Positions 1 to 11,635 are shown, counted from the first letter of the stretch. The stretch: DNA of 59,623 nt from Oscillospiraceae bacterium (GCA_031549985.1 JAVBOZ010000106.1:1-59623), one strand, 5' to 3'. Numbers and translations are program-made. The notes: generated by a model from the sequence alone, not told the origin.

Positions 1-91
1 CGGCGTCCCAGGCCGTGTGCGCATGGTCCCGAATCAGTTCAATGGCTTTCATCTGGGATATCTGATGTTCCTTTCTGTCTCCTTTATTGTT

Positions 92-1243
<1,152 letters not shown>

Positions 1244-1300
1244 ATAATACTACCCCTTGGTAAAAATCCTTGCATCGTTCCGGTCTTTCGCCTGTACAAA

Positions 1301-2947
1301 TCAATTCTTATTCCCGTTCGACTCCCCGCCGCCGCGCTGCCCGTAGCCATAGCCGTAACGTCCGTAATGGCCATACCTGCTCTCAGCGCTGTAGCCGTAG
1401 CCGTAGCCATAGCCGCCGTAGTATTTGCCCGGACGGCGGTAGGCGGCGCTGTATCCATTGCGGCGCACCAGATTTTCCGGCGCTGCCATGGTGAGGATGG
1501 AGCCGACGACGCGGATGCCTGCGGTATTGATTTCGTCCAGGGTCTCGTTGATCTGGTTTGCCCGGGCAAAATCATAGCGGATCGCGTAAACAAGGCCGTC
1601 AACCAGCGGCGCCAGAGTGATGCAGTCCGAGACCACGCGCGCGGGCGGCGTATCCAGGATCACATAGTCGAATTCCTCCCGTGCTTTTTGGATCACGCCG
1701 CGCATCGCCTCCGTGCTGAGCTTTTCGGGCGGATTGTCGGCGGAGCCGCCGGTGGAAAGGACGAAGATGCGCAGCTGTTTGATATATTTGACGGATTCCT
1801 CGTACGTTGTTTTAAAATTCAGGATGGGCAGCAGACCGGTCGCGTCGCTGTCGGGGATGCCGAGCCCCTTGCAGATCGCGGGCTTGCGCAGGTCGCAGTC
1901 GATCAGCAACACATTTTTACCCATTTGCGCCAGCGCACAGGCCAGGTTGATTGAAATGGTGGTCTTGCCTTCGCCTTCGAAGGTGCTGGTCACGGCGAAT
2001 ACCTTCGCGTCCCAGGATTCGGCTATATTTTCAAGCTTGGTGCGGATCGCCTTGATGTTTTCAATGAAATCGAAGCTGACGGTTCGCTTATCGCAGATGT
2101 GCGGCACCCGGTCGGCGTTCTTGCGGCGCAGGCGGCCCTTTTGTGATTGATAGGGCGTCATGCCCAGCATGCGCTCGGCGGTCTGGTTGCGGATATCCTG
2201 CCCGCTGCGGATCGTGCGCTTGGAGAGTTCCAGCAGCACAAACACCGCCGCCGCCAGCCCGCCGCCGATCAGCCCCCCCATTAAAGCGGATTTACGGGAT
2301 TCATCGCTGTTATCGACCACCTGGGCCGGAATGGGACGACGGATCACCTCAATATCCAGAGTGGACTCAAAGTTTTTCAGGTAATCGGGCAGAATGGCGA
2401 TCAACCGGTCCAGGGTATAGTTACAGAATTCGGGGTCCTGGCTGGTGACCGAAAGCATAAAGATGGCCTTATCGTCCGTGCCGGTCATCGCGATCGCCGC
2501 GCGCAATTGGCTCAGGCTATATTCAACATGGTATTTTTCCAAAATGGCGTCGCGCAACATCTCAATCACGCGGTCGCCCTTCATGAGCTGGGAATACCGG
2601 CTGAGGTTCGCCTTTTCATAGTAATTGCGTTCGGCCTGCTTGACGACCATTTCATCGGGCTGCCCCTCATTGTGGATGATCTGGTTATATGTGATGATTG
2701 TGAAAGCCAGGGTGGTCGCAGTGCTGTACTGTACGTAAGCTTGCTTTTTTGAGTTGAAAAACATCACGCTTCCCAGCGCGACGGCCGCCAGAAAGACAAC
2801 CCATGCGCGGCGCAACACAGCGCGGAGAAGCCGCCCGTAATCCAGCTTTATCCCACCCGTGCTTCCGCCCCCCACGCCGCCGTTGGAAGGAGCATAGCCC
2901 CGCGACGGCTCCGGAACCATGTAACCCTGTTCCTGCTCTTGCTGCAT
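1301..2947 (-). CDS. Polysaccharide co-polymerase (Wzz-like) fused to a CpsD/CapB-type tyrosine autokinase
   Basis: 548-aa ORF. It has an N-terminal TM segment, a chain-length-determinant-like region and a second TM. The Walker A is FEGEGKTTISINLA, followed by LLIDCDLRKP. The C-terminal tail is Tyr/Gly-rich (YYGGYGYGYGYSAESRYGHYGRYGYGYGQ). RBS GAGGGG lies upstream. Confidence 0.85.
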   Translation of the reverse strand: MQQEQEQGYMVPEPSRGYAPSNGGVGGGSTGGIKLDYGRLLRAVLRRAWVVFLAAVALGSVMFFNSKKQAYVQYSTATTLAFTIITYNQIIHNEGQPDEMVVKQAERNYYEKANLSRYSQLMKGDRVIEMLRDAILEKYHVEYSLSQLRAAIAMTGTDDKAIFMLSVTSQDPEFCNYTLDRLIAILPDYLKNFESTLDIEVIRRPIPAQVVDNSDESRKSALMGGLIGGGLAAAVFVLLELSKRTIRSGQDIRNQTAERMLGMTPYQSQKGRLRRKNADRVPHICDKRTVSFDFIENIKAIRTKLENIAESWDAKVFAVTSTFEGEGKTTISINLACALAQMGKNVLLIDCDLRKPAICKGLGIPDSDATGLLPILNFKTTYEESVKYIKQLRIFVLSTGGSADNPPEKLSTEAMRGVIQKAREEFDYVILDTPPARVVSDCITLAPLVDGLVYAIRYDFARANQINETLDEINTAGIRVVGSILTMAAPENLVRRNGYSAAYRRPGKYYGGYGYGYGYSAESRYGHYGRYGYGYGQRGGGESNGNKN

Positions 2948-3047
2948 ACGAAAAACCCCTCTTCTTTTTCATGCCGTTCCGCGGAGCCAACACGCGTGGC
3001 TCCCCTCCCGCAGAATCGGAATGCTTCATACTACTCGTTTCGCCCGG

Positions 3048-3788
3048 CTAATATCTATCATCCGGCGGCCCTTTGTCTTCAAGCACCGCCTTAGGCGCTG
3101 TTTCGCACAGGTAATATATGGTCTCCGGGCGGATCCCCGGCGGAAAACGGCGAATCAACGAGGCCAACGCGGGCACGCGGTGCCGGATGCCGTGGGCATC
3201 GGTCGCCAGCAGGCGGGCCTGGCCTTTTTGAACCAACCGAAATGCCAGATGACATTCCGGCGCGGGTGCGTACCCCGCCACGCTCTCGGCGTTTACCTGA
3301 ATCAGCGTACCCTCCTCGCTGATTTCGATGAGCAATTCCTCATCGCGCTGGAAGAAGCGGTATCGCTCGGCGTGGGCGATCACAGGCACAAGCCCCTGAT
3401 CGCGAACCGCTTCAAGATATTGCCGCAACCGTGCCGGAGACAGCATTGCGCCCCCAAACTCCACCAAAAGAAAACGACTGCCCCCCAATGCCGCAGGGCG
3501 CAAATCGCCCGCATAAAAGATGTTGTCGTCCACATAGACCTCCGCGCCCGCATGCAGCCGTATCGGAATATGCCTGCGTTCCAGCGAAGATTGCAGCCGT
3601 TTGAGCTTTTCATCGCGCGTACGATAAAAAGGCGAAGGAGCAAGCTGCTGTTCAGGCAGAAAGTGGGGGGTTGCGCAGATGTCCGTTATCCCCTGTTCCG
3701 CCGCAAGGCCAGCCATGTCAATGGATTCCTCGCTGCCCTCAGGGCCGTCATCAATGCCGGGTAAAATATGACAATGCAAGTCAATCAT
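3048..3788 (-). CDS. cpsB: CpsB/YwqE-type PHP-domain protein-tyrosine phosphatase
   Basis: 246-aa ORF starting MIDLHCHILPGIDDGP, the hallmark of the family, with later ATDAHG. It sits upstream of the tyrosine kinase gene. Its start overlaps the rmuC stop (ATGA). Confidence 0.85.
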   Translation of the reverse strand: MIDLHCHILPGIDDGPEGSEESIDMAGLAAEQGITDICATPHFLPEQQLAPSPFYRTRDEKLKRLQSSLERRHIPIRLHAGAEVYVDDNIFYAGDLRPAALGGSRFLLVEFGGAMLSPARLRQYLEAVRDQGLVPVIAHAERYRFFQRDEELLIEISEEGTLIQVNAESVAGYAPAPECHLAFRLVQKGQARLLATDAHGIRHRVPALASLIRRFPPGIRPETIYYLCETAPKAVLEDKGPPDDRY

Positions 3789-5092
3789 GCGTTATCCTCT
3801 GTGGCGCTTTCTTCCAGCAGCAAAGCGGCCTCCGCTTCGGGCAGGCGCTCCACCTGGCGAAGCTTGCGACTCATCGCGTTTGTGCGGGTTCCGACAAGTT
3901 TTTCAATCTCTTGATCCGCTGCTTGGATCTTCTTTTGCGCGCTGCTCAGCGCGTCGGCAAAGCGGGAAAACTCAGTCTTTACGGCGCTGAGCACCTGCCA
4001 GACCTCCACGGAGCGTTTTTCGATCGCCAGGGTTTTGAATCCCATTTGCAGCGCGTTGAGGAAGGCCGAAAGGGTTGTGGGGCCGGTGACGGTGATCTTA
4101 TAATCCCGTTGAAGGCTCTCAAAAAGCTCTGTGTTTTGTACTACTTCGGCATAAAGGCCTTCGGTCGGCAAAAAGAGAATGGCAAAATCCGTTGTGCCCG
4201 GTGGGTCAATATATTTTGTGCAAATATCCTTGGCAAATCCCCGCAGCCTGGCGGCCAGGGCTTTGCGCGCGCTGTCGATCTGCTCTTTATCGCCGCTGTC
4301 GTAGCCGACCAGCAGGCGGTCGTAGTCCTCCTGCGGAAATTTGGAATCCATCGGCAGCCAGACAGCCTGACCATCCTCCCGCCCCGGCAGGCGCAGCGCA
4401 AATTCCACCCGATCAGCCGAGCCTTTGCGCGTTGGCACCTCGCGTTCATATTGCCCCGGATGGAGCATCTGCGCCAGAATGCGTTCAAGCTGCACCTCGC
4501 CGAAGGTGCCACGCACCTTGACGTTGGTCAGCGCTTTTTTCAGCCCGCCCACGTCCGTGGCCAGGCTTTGCATTTCACCCAGGCCCCGCTGCACATTTTC
4601 AAGGCTTTCACTCACCCGTTTGAAGGATTCCGTCAGCCTGGCGTCAAGCGTCTTTTGAAGCCTTTCATCGACTGTGCGGCGCATTTCCTCCAATTTCGCG
4701 CCGTTGCTTTCTTGCAGCTGCTGCAAAGAAAGCCGCTGCTCCTGGGTCAGGGCCAGAAGGGATTGCCGCAGCTGGCGCTCCACGGCGTCCAGGCGGTTTG
4801 CGCTCTCCTCACGTTGGGCGCGCAGCAGGCGTTCCTGTTCCATGCGGCTGTTGCTGAATTCACGGCTCAGCAGTTGGCCCAGTGCCTCCAAAAGGGCCTT
4901 TTGTTCGGCCATCTGCGCCGTCATCTGCGCCTGCAGGGCCTGCAACGCCGCCGCGCCTTTTGCATCGCTCAAATTCTGGTTGGCGGCGCGGATTTGGCGC
5001 AGCGCCAACAAGGCGCAGGCGGCGGCAAAGCCAGCCAAAAGGGCGGCGATCCAAAGCAAGAAATTTTCCAAAACTCCGCCCCTCCCATTCAC
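3785..5092 (-). CDS. rmuC: DNA recombination protein RmuC
   Basis: 435-aa ORF with an N-terminal TM, a long coiled-coil region, and then VKVRGTFGEVQLERIL plus a nuclease-like C-terminal domain typical of RmuC. Confidence 0.82.
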   Translation of the reverse strand: MNGRGGVLENFLLWIAALLAGFAAACALLALRQIRAANQNLSDAKGAAALQALQAQMTAQMAEQKALLEALGQLLSREFSNSRMEQERLLRAQREESANRLDAVERQLRQSLLALTQEQRLSLQQLQESNGAKLEEMRRTVDERLQKTLDARLTESFKRVSESLENVQRGLGEMQSLATDVGGLKKALTNVKVRGTFGEVQLERILAQMLHPGQYEREVPTRKGSADRVEFALRLPGREDGQAVWLPMDSKFPQEDYDRLLVGYDSGDKEQIDSARKALAARLRGFAKDICTKYIDPPGTTDFAILFLPTEGLYAEVVQNTELFESLQRDYKITVTGPTTLSAFLNALQMGFKTLAIEKRSVEVWQVLSAVKTEFSRFADALSSAQKKIQAADQEIEKLVGTRTNAMSRKLRQVERLPEAEAALLLEESATEDNA

Positions 5093-5128
5093 ATCGCGAC
5101 AAAAAAGCGTTGCGTTTTGCTAAGAAAT

Positions 5129-5157
5129 ATTGTAACATATTCTGCAGAAAAATGCAA
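5129..5157 (-). promoter_or_regulatory. Sigma-A-type promoter upstream of rmuC
   Basis: On the minus strand: TTGCAT (5157-5152), a 17-bp spacer, then TACAAT (5134-5129) preceded by TG (extended -10). It lies about 40 nt upstream of the rmuC ATG. Confidence 0.45.
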
Positions 5158-5268
5158 GTGGTTTGCAATCGGGGAATGTCCCGCTGCGTCTTTTGTGAAA
5201 AATCAAGAAGCAGACGAAAATCGGCGCTAGTCCGAAATGGGGAAAGAGGCGCATCGGGCAAAACGCAA

Positions 5269-5294
5269 CCCGCAGGCCATCGCGGGCCTGCGGG
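5269..5294 (-). terminator. Hairpin terminator downstream of the MFS transporter gene
   Basis: Perfect 10-bp GC-rich stem CCCGCAGGCC/GGCCTGCGGG with a 6-nt loop. On the minus strand it is followed by TTGCGTTTTGCC. It lies 27 nt after the stop at 5321. Confidence 0.5.
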
Positions 5295-5320
5295 TGAAAT
5301 CGCTCACATTCCTCCTGCGG

Positions 5321-6877
5321 TCATTCCGCCGATTCGGCCGCAACCTTGGCCGCAACCTGCTCCGCCATCGCGGCGCGGCGCACGGCCAGTTCCGCATACA
5401 TCTGTTCGCGGTCCTTTTGCGTAACGTTATAGAAAAATTTCGGCAACAGGCCCATAATGCTTGATACCGTTGGGATGATCGTCGAAAGGGCGAAGACGCC
5501 CAACGCCGTGCGCTCATCCTGCATGTTGTAGTCCTTGCCGGTCTTGAACCCAATGGCGTCAAGCAGCAGGTTTGTGATGCTGTTGCCGATCATGTTGGTG
5601 ATTTTGCCGGGGATTGCCCGCAGCGCACCGGTCATACCCTCGGAGCGGAAGCCGTTCTTCCATTCGCCGTAGTCGATGCACTCGTTTCGTATCTCCTCGT
5701 TAATAACCTTCTTTGAGCCGTAAAGGAACATATCCATGGTGATCTGAACGGTATAAACCCCCAGCATCGGCCCCAACTTGAGGAAGAAGCGCTGGTTGTC
5801 TTTCTTGCTCCGGATCAGGCCGAAGAAGAAGATCAGAACCGTGGTAGGCATTGTGATGTGGTTGCTGAGCAGCCATATTGTCTTGGTTGAAAATCGTTCG
5901 CGCAGCCAGGGAACGTACGCATAGCTGAGATAAGAGATCGGCGAACCGGGAATACCGGCAACGGTGCCAAAATTACGGAAGTTCAGGATGGAGTCGGTAT
6001 AGGTGCCCATCTGCCCCTTGATGCCCAGTTTTTCCAAAATCTCCGATAGCATCAACATGAGCAGCGGGCGGTTCCGGATCACGCCGCGCAGGGATTCCTT
6101 GACCGGGGTCGTTTTTTCCTGCGCCTGTTCGGAACCAAAGACGCGTTCGCGCGCGATGAGCGCGAAATACAATGAAAAAGCGCCGCTGATAACAACGGTT
6201 CCCACCCCGAACCAAAGATAAAGCCTGCGCATTTTATCTGTAATTACCGCAGCGGTAAGGGATTTGTTGTTTGCGATGATATCCTGTATAATAGAAAATA
6301 TCTGCCGCGGGCCGTCTTCACCGAACATGGAGAAGAACTGCGCCTTATTGATCAGACCAAGCCGGTCCTGCGGATCGGGTGTGAGGTTGGCAATCATCCC
6401 CGTGCGCGCGATCCCGCTGATGGTGCCCGTCAGCTCGTTGAACATGCCAATCAGCGCCCAGGTAATGATCTTCGGCATGAACTGCGGGTCGTCCTGCTGC
6501 CCGAGAAAGATGTAAGGCAGGATGTAAAAGAACAGTGACATCGGAATTCCGTAAACAGGATACAGCACAAGATAGGGGCGAAACTTGCCGAAGCGCGTAC
6601 GTGTTTTGTCTACCATCGCCGCGACAAAAAGGTCATTCACAATATCCCATGCCGTGGTGATGGGCGATACCGCCGCCTGAACAAGCTTGCTGATATTGAG
6701 GATACGGTCGGTGAACTCGCGCATACGGTCGCTGATGTTGAAGCTCGCAGCCACATCGAAAAGGACAAACCCGATCGTTTCTTGCGGGCCGACATAACGC
6801 CGTCCTTTGGGCGGGGCCGCCTTTGCAGCGGTGGCGGAGTTACTTTTCGCCAATGGACACACCCTTTCCATTCTCAT
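5321..6877 (-). CDS. MFS / glycoside-pentoside-hexuronide (GPH) family sugar:cation symporter
   Basis: 518-aa polytopic membrane ORF with about 12 hydrophobic segments. Its overall pattern is typical of MelB/GPH-like transporters. RBS AGAGGTG lies upstream. Confidence 0.75.
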   Translation of the reverse strand: MRMERVCPLAKSNSATAAKAAPPKGRRYVGPQETIGFVLFDVAASFNISDRMREFTDRILNISKLVQAAVSPITTAWDIVNDLFVAAMVDKTRTRFGKFRPYLVLYPVYGIPMSLFFYILPYIFLGQQDDPQFMPKIITWALIGMFNELTGTISGIARTGMIANLTPDPQDRLGLINKAQFFSMFGEDGPRQIFSIIQDIIANNKSLTAAVITDKMRRLYLWFGVGTVVISGAFSLYFALIARERVFGSEQAQEKTTPVKESLRGVIRNRPLLMLMLSEILEKLGIKGQMGTYTDSILNFRNFGTVAGIPGSPISYLSYAYVPWLRERFSTKTIWLLSNHITMPTTVLIFFFGLIRSKKDNQRFFLKLGPMLGVYTVQITMDMFLYGSKKVINEEIRNECIDYGEWKNGFRSEGMTGALRAIPGKITNMIGNSITNLLLDAIGFKTGKDYNMQDERTALGVFALSTIIPTVSSIMGLLPKFFYNVTQKDREQMYAELAVRRAAMAEQVAAKVAAESAE

Positions 6878-7063
6878 CTCAAAAGCACCTCTGCGCAGGC
6901 AGGGGGCGCTTTTGGCATTCTTATATGGTAATCATATCATAGTTCTTCAAAAAAAGCAAGCTGGTTTTGTTTAAAATGTTGTGTGTTTTTCTGCGCCGTC
7001 CCCAAGTGCAAACGGCAGAAAAATTGCGCTGACTTCGCTGTTCGAGACGGAAAATTAGAGTAG

Positions 7064-7681
7064 TTATCCCAGCTCCTTCGCAATCTCCAGATTAACCATC
7101 AGTACATTTACCGCTTCCTCGCCAAAGATACCAAGAAATTTTCCCTTGGTGTTCTCTTTAACGATATCTTTTAGTCGTTCCGCAGTCAGCCCGGTTGCCT
7201 CTGCCAATGCCGGAATTTGCACAACGGCTGACGCCGGGCTGATATGCGGATCAAGACCGGAACCGGAAGCGGTCAGAAGATCGGTCGGGATATCCTCACG
7301 CTTGATCTCAGGATTCGCTCTCAAAAACGCCTCAATATCTTTGGTTGCGCGTTGAATTAGTTCCGGACTGCCGGCCGAATAGTTGTTTGAACCAGAGCCC
7401 GGTCCGGCATAATCTCCATTTGCCTTATCTTCTTCAGTATAGGTATTGTAATCTACGGCAGAGGGGCGGCATTTCATAAATCGGACGTCTGTAAAATCCT
7501 GCCCGATCAGCTCCGAGCCGACTATTTTTCCGTTAGCTGTTAACAAACTGCCGTTCGCTTGTTTTGGAAAAAACAGCTGGCTGATCCCGGTCATCAAAAG
7601 CGGATAGATAAAACCGCATATGAGCAGCAATACCAGCGTAACTGTCACCGGCTTTCGGAGTCCCTTTATTATCTTTATCAT
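7064..7681 (-). CDS. kdpC: Potassium-transporting ATPase subunit C
   Basis: 205-aa ORF with an N-terminal TM and the motifs GQDF, SGSGLDPHISPASA and the QIPRVA-like region VQIPALA. It follows kdpB. RBS GGGAGGGG. Confidence 0.95.
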   Translation of the reverse strand: MIKIIKGLRKPVTVTLVLLLICGFIYPLLMTGISQLFFPKQANGSLLTANGKIVGSELIGQDFTDVRFMKCRPSAVDYNTYTEEDKANGDYAGPGSGSNNYSAGSPELIQRATKDIEAFLRANPEIKREDIPTDLLTASGSGLDPHISPASAVVQIPALAEATGLTAERLKDIVKENTKGKFLGIFGEEAVNVLMVNLEIAKELG

Positions 7682-7833
7682 TTCAAGCCCCTCCCGTTTG
7701 GCTTATTTTTTTCACTATGTAGCGGTTCATCCTCTTCGTGTGGCTGATCCTGATATACCTCCTGCACCTTTTTGTAAATACAAACAACCGCAATACAAAT
7801 AGTGAAAATACCGACATTGTCTAAAAATTCCAT
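7678..7833 (-). CDS. Small single-TM protein encoded between kdpB and kdpC (51 aa)
   Basis: ATG at 7833 is preceded by GGGAGGT (6-nt spacing) immediately after the kdpB stop. The product is MEFLDNVGIFTICIAVVCIYKK followed by an acidic tail. Its stop overlaps the kdpC ATG (ATGA). I recognised no homology. Confidence 0.55.
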   Translation of the reverse strand: MEFLDNVGIFTICIAVVCIYKKVQEVYQDQPHEEDEPLHSEKNKPNGRGLK

Positions 7834-7847
7834 ACAGATACCTCCCG

Positions 7848-9899
7848 CTATAATCCAATCAACCAAAGCAACGGCGTTAAGCACAAATCAATCAATTTTA
7901 TCCCCAAAAACGGTGCGGCGATACCGCCAAGACCATACACAAGCATATTGTGACGGAGCATCTTTTCCGACCGCTGCGGTTTATATTTCGCGCCTTTCAT
8001 CGCAAGCGGAATCAGGCACGGAATAATGACCGCGTTAAAAATCAGTGCGGACAATATCGCACTGTATGGCGTTGAAAGTTTCATGATATTGAGCACGTTA
8101 AGCTGCGGAATGACCGCCATGAACATCGCCGGAATGATTGCGAAATACTTGGCGATATCATTGGCGATGCTAAAGGTGGTCAGCGAACCCCGGGTGATGA
8201 GCAGCTGCTTCCCAATTTCAACCACCTCCAGAATCTTCGTGGGATCGGAATCCAGATCAATCATGTTGGCGGCTTCCTTGGCGGCGGTGGTGCCGCTGTT
8301 CATGCAAATCCCCACATCCGCCTGCGCCAGTGCCGGGGCGTCGTTCGTGCCGTCACCCGTCATTGCAACGATTTTGCCCAACTCCTGTTCCGCTTTGATG
8401 GCTCTGATTTTATCCTCAGGTTTGCATTCTGCGATAAAGCTGTCCACGCCGGCCTCCCCGGCGATTGTTGCGGCTGTAAGCGGATTGTCGCCGGTGCACA
8501 TAACCGTTTTGATTCCGATGTCGCGCAGCCGCTGAAAACGCTTCACAAGGCCCTCTTTAATGGTATCCTTCAGATAAATGACGCCGTAAATACGGTTTCC
8601 AACACAAACAGCAAGCGGCGTTCCACCCAACTTTGACACATTGCCGAGCTTATCGTCCAGATCCTCCGGGATTTCCCCGCCCAGCTCTTTCACATAGTTT
8701 TTTATAGCATCTGCGGCTCCTTTTCTGATTTTCGTGCCATCCTGCAGGTCTATACCGCTCATGCGTGTGCCTGCGGTAAACTCTAAAAATTCCGTTCCGG
8801 GAATGATCTCTTGTCGTTCGCCGCTGAGTCTTTCACCCAGCTCAACCACCGATTTTCCCTCGGGTGTTTTATCCTGCAATGAACAGGCCACAGAATAATA
8901 AATAAGCTTCTGTTCACTTATCTCCCCAACCGGAATGAACTCAGCCGCCATGCGGTTACCGTAGGTGATGGTGCCCGTTTTATCCAAAATCATGGTATCC
9001 ACGTCGCCGCAGGCCTCCACCGCTTTACCGGACATCGCAATGACGTTAAACCGTGTAACCCGATCCATGCCGGCGATACCGATGGCAGACAAAAGCCCGC
9101 CGATGGTGGTTGGAATCAAGCAGACGGTCAGAGCGATCAGTGTGGAGATTTGCAGCTTAACGCCGTTGTACGCTGCCATGGGGTACAGACAGATTATCAC
9201 AATCAGAAAAATGATGGTCAAGCCGACCAAAAGCGTGTTCAGCGCGATTTCATTGGGCGTTTTTTTGCGGGAGGCACCTTCCACCAAAGAAATCATTTTA
9301 TCAATAAAAGATTCGCCGGGATTAGATGTTATCTCAATTTTCAGCCAGTCGCTGGCTACGGTGGTTCCGCCGGTGACCGAGGCAAAATCACCGCCGCTTT
9401 CCTTGAGCACGGGGGCCGATTCACCCGTGATGGCCGATTCATCCACCGAGGCAATTCCGTCGATGACCTCGCCGTCGTTAGGGATCAGCTCCCCGGCTTT
9501 TACCAGCACGATATCGCCCTTTTTAAGCTCGTTGGCGTTTATAACGACTTGGCTACCGTCGGCTTTGATTATCCGCGCCTGCATATCCTTTTGCGTTTTT
9601 TTAAGGCTCTGTGCCTGCGCTTTACCGCGTCCTTCGGCCACCGCTTCGGCAAAGTTGGCGAACAGCAGTGTCAATAAAAGAATGACCGCCACCAAAATGT
9701 TGTAAAACAAAAGATTATCTTCATTCCCGAACAAGCCGGGAATGAAGCACAGGAGCAGCGTGATTAGAAATCCGACTTCGACGACAAACATCACCGGGTT
9801 TTTGATCATATACAGAGGATTCAGCTTTTTGAATGCGCCGGTAACAGAGGATTTCAAAATATCCGCTGAGACAAATTTGTTTTTCTTTTTTTCGCTCAT
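7848..9899 (-). CDS. kdpB: Potassium-transporting P-type ATPase subunit B
   Basis: 683-aa ORF with the P-type motifs DKTGTIT, TGDN and [16 protein letters not shown]. Confidence 0.97.
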   Translation of the reverse strand: MSEKKKNKFVSADILKSSVTGAFKKLNPLYMIKNPVMFVVEVGFLITLLLCFIPGLFGNEDNLLFYNILVAVILLLTLLFANFAEAVAEGRGKAQAQSLKKTQKDMQARIIKADGSQVVINANELKKGDIVLVKAGELIPNDGEVIDGIASVDESAITGESAPVLKESGGDFASVTGGTTVASDWLKIEITSNPGESFIDKMISLVEGASRKKTPNEIALNTLLVGLTIIFLIVIICLYPMAAYNGVKLQISTLIALTVCLIPTTIGGLLSAIGIAGMDRVTRFNVIAMSGKAVEACGDVDTMILDKTGTITYGNRMAAEFIPVGEISEQKLIYYSVACSLQDKTPEGKSVVELGERLSGERQEIIPGTEFLEFTAGTRMSGIDLQDGTKIRKGAADAIKNYVKELGGEIPEDLDDKLGNVSKLGGTPLAVCVGNRIYGVIYLKDTIKEGLVKRFQRLRDIGIKTVMCTGDNPLTAATIAGEAGVDSFIAECKPEDKIRAIKAEQELGKIVAMTGDGTNDAPALAQADVGICMNSGTTAAKEAANMIDLDSDPTKILEVVEIGKQLLITRGSLTTFSIANDIAKYFAIIPAMFMAVIPQLNVLNIMKLSTPYSAILSALIFNAVIIPCLIPLAMKGAKYKPQRSEKMLRHNMLVYGLGGIAAPFLGIKLIDLCLTPLLWLIGL

Positions 9900-9910
9900 G
9901 ATAGTTTCTC

Positions 9911-11635
9911 CTAACCTGCAAGAGTGAGATGTTCCGCGATTGGCCCCAACACCAGCGCCGGAAAAAAGGTCAGCGCCGCAATCAGGATAATAACCATCAG
10001 CAAAGCAACCGCAAAGGTGGGGGTGGTGGTCTTGAGCGTCCCTGCTGATTCGGCAACCGGCGCTTTTTTCAAAAGGGAACCGGCAATAGCCAAGCTAATA
10101 ACAATAGGCAGATATCGTCCGACAAACATGACCAGACCGGTGGATATATTCCAAAACAGTGTGTTGTCGTTAAGGCCCTCAAAGCCGGAGCCGTTGTTGG
10201 CAGCGGAGGAGGTATATTCATACAGCACCTGTGAAAACCCGTGATGCCCGGGGTTGCTGATTCCCTCAAGCCCGGCCGGAACAGAAACCGCAAGCGCCGT
10301 AAATGTTAAAATCAATAGCGGATGAATAACGATTCCCAGCGCGGTCAGTTTCATTTCCTTGCCCTCAATTTTTTTGCCGAGATATTCGGGTGTTCGCCCG
10401 ATCATCAGGCCGCAGATAAACACGGCAAGTATCGCATATAAAATGATGTTCATCAGCCCGACGCCCTTACCGCCGAACACCATATTTAGCATCATGTTCA
10501 CCAGTGGCACCGTGCCGCCCAACGGCGTTAAGGTGTCGTGCATATTATTGACCGAGCCTGTGGTAAACGCAGTGGTCACTGTGGTAAACAGTGAGGATTG
10601 TACGATGCCAAACCGCGTTTCCTTGCCCTCCATATTGCCCATGCTCTGGTTCAGCCCCGCTTCGGCCAGCATTGGATTTCCGGCGCTTTCGGCATAATAA
10701 CAAATGCCGATACCAGTGACAAGTAAAAGCGTCATGACCGCGATAATCGGTTTTGCCTGACTGCCGATCCAGACTCTTTTTGTTTTTACGGCTTGGTTTT
10801 CTTTTTTGCGGTTTTTCACCATATGCCCAAACGCTACGGCACAGGAGCCGGGCAGCAGCATCATGGACAGCATTTCGATTATGTTGGTGAACACATTGGG
10901 GTTTTCAAAGGGCGCAGACGAATTGGCGCCAAAAAATCCGCCGCCGTTGGTTCCCAAATGCTTGATGATTTCCAGTGAAGCGACCGGCCCCATGGGGATA
11001 TCCTGCAATTTACCCTCAATCGTTGCCGCAGTCACGTTGGCGGAAAGGTTTTGCGGGACGCCCTGCGAAACCAGTATAAGCCCCAGCAGAATTGACAGCG
11101 GTAGCAGCACGCGGATGATAATACGGATCAGGTCAACATAAAAGTTGCCAAAGGCTTTTGTTTTGCCCGCAAAACCTCTGGCAAACGCCATACAAACCGA
11201 ATAACCGGTGGCGGCTGAAACAAACATCATAAAGGTAATGACCAGCATCTGGCTCCAATAGGACAGCCCCGATTCACCCGCATAGTGCTGGATGTTTGTG
11301 TTGGTTATAAAGCTGATGGCGGTGTTGAAGCTCAAATCAGGAGCCATGCCGGATATGCGGTTCGGATTGAATACCGGCAGCGACTGAATACGCAGGATCA
11401 GATATCCGAGAGCAACCATGACGAGGTTTGTGCCGAGCATATGCAGAACATACTGCTTCCAGCTCATCTGTTTTGCTTTATCTATGCCGCAAACGCGATA
11501 AATCCCGTTATTTATCCGATTAAACACCGGGTCGGCAAAGGTGCGTTTGCCCGCCGCGATATGATATAAGTATTTGCCCATGGGGATGACCAGGGCAAAA
11601 AAGGCGATCAATATAGGTGCAATTTGGAACATCAT
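9911..11635 (-). CDS. kdpA: Potassium-transporting ATPase subunit A
   Basis: 574-aa polytopic ORF with KdpA selectivity-filter-like segments (NTNIQHY, GTNGGGF, SAANNGS). It is the first gene of kdpABC. Confidence 0.97.
   Translation of the reverse strand: MMFQIAPILIAFFALVIPMGKYLYHIAAGKRTFADPVFNRINNGIYRVCGIDKAKQMSWKQYVLHMLGTNLVMVALGYLILRIQSLPVFNPNRISGMAPDLSFNTAISFITNTNIQHYAGESGLSYWSQMLVITFMMFVSAATGYSVCMAFARGFAGKTKAFGNFYVDLIRIIIRVLLPLSILLGLILVSQGVPQNLSANVTAATIEGKLQDIPMGPVASLEIIKHLGTNGGGFFGANSSAPFENPNVFTNIIEMLSMMLLPGSCAVAFGHMVKNRKKENQAVKTKRVWIGSQAKPIIAVMTLLLVTGIGICYYAESAGNPMLAEAGLNQSMGNMEGKETRFGIVQSSLFTTVTTAFTTGSVNNMHDTLTPLGGTVPLVNMMLNMVFGGKGVGLMNIILYAILAVFICGLMIGRTPEYLGKKIEGKEMKLTALGIVIHPLLILTFTALAVSVPAGLEGISNPGHHGFSQVLYEYTSSAANNGSGFEGLNDNTLFWNISTGLVMFVGRYLPIVISLAIAGSLLKKAPVAESAGTLKTTTPTFAVALLMVIILIAALTFFPALVLGPIAEHLTLAG

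Noticed and set aside
1-52. Possible start of another minus-strand gene (ATG at 52-50, MKAIELIRDHAHTAWDA...) running off the left edge.
   Set aside because: Only 17 codons are visible and the nearest SD-like sequence is about 15 nt away. It cannot be identified or supported.
6990-7035. Imperfect hairpin TTTTTCTGCGCCGT...ACGGCAGAAAAA downstream of kdpC.
   Set aside because: The stem is bulged and no U-tract follows it on the minus strand. It is possibly a weak bidirectional terminator but is not supportable.
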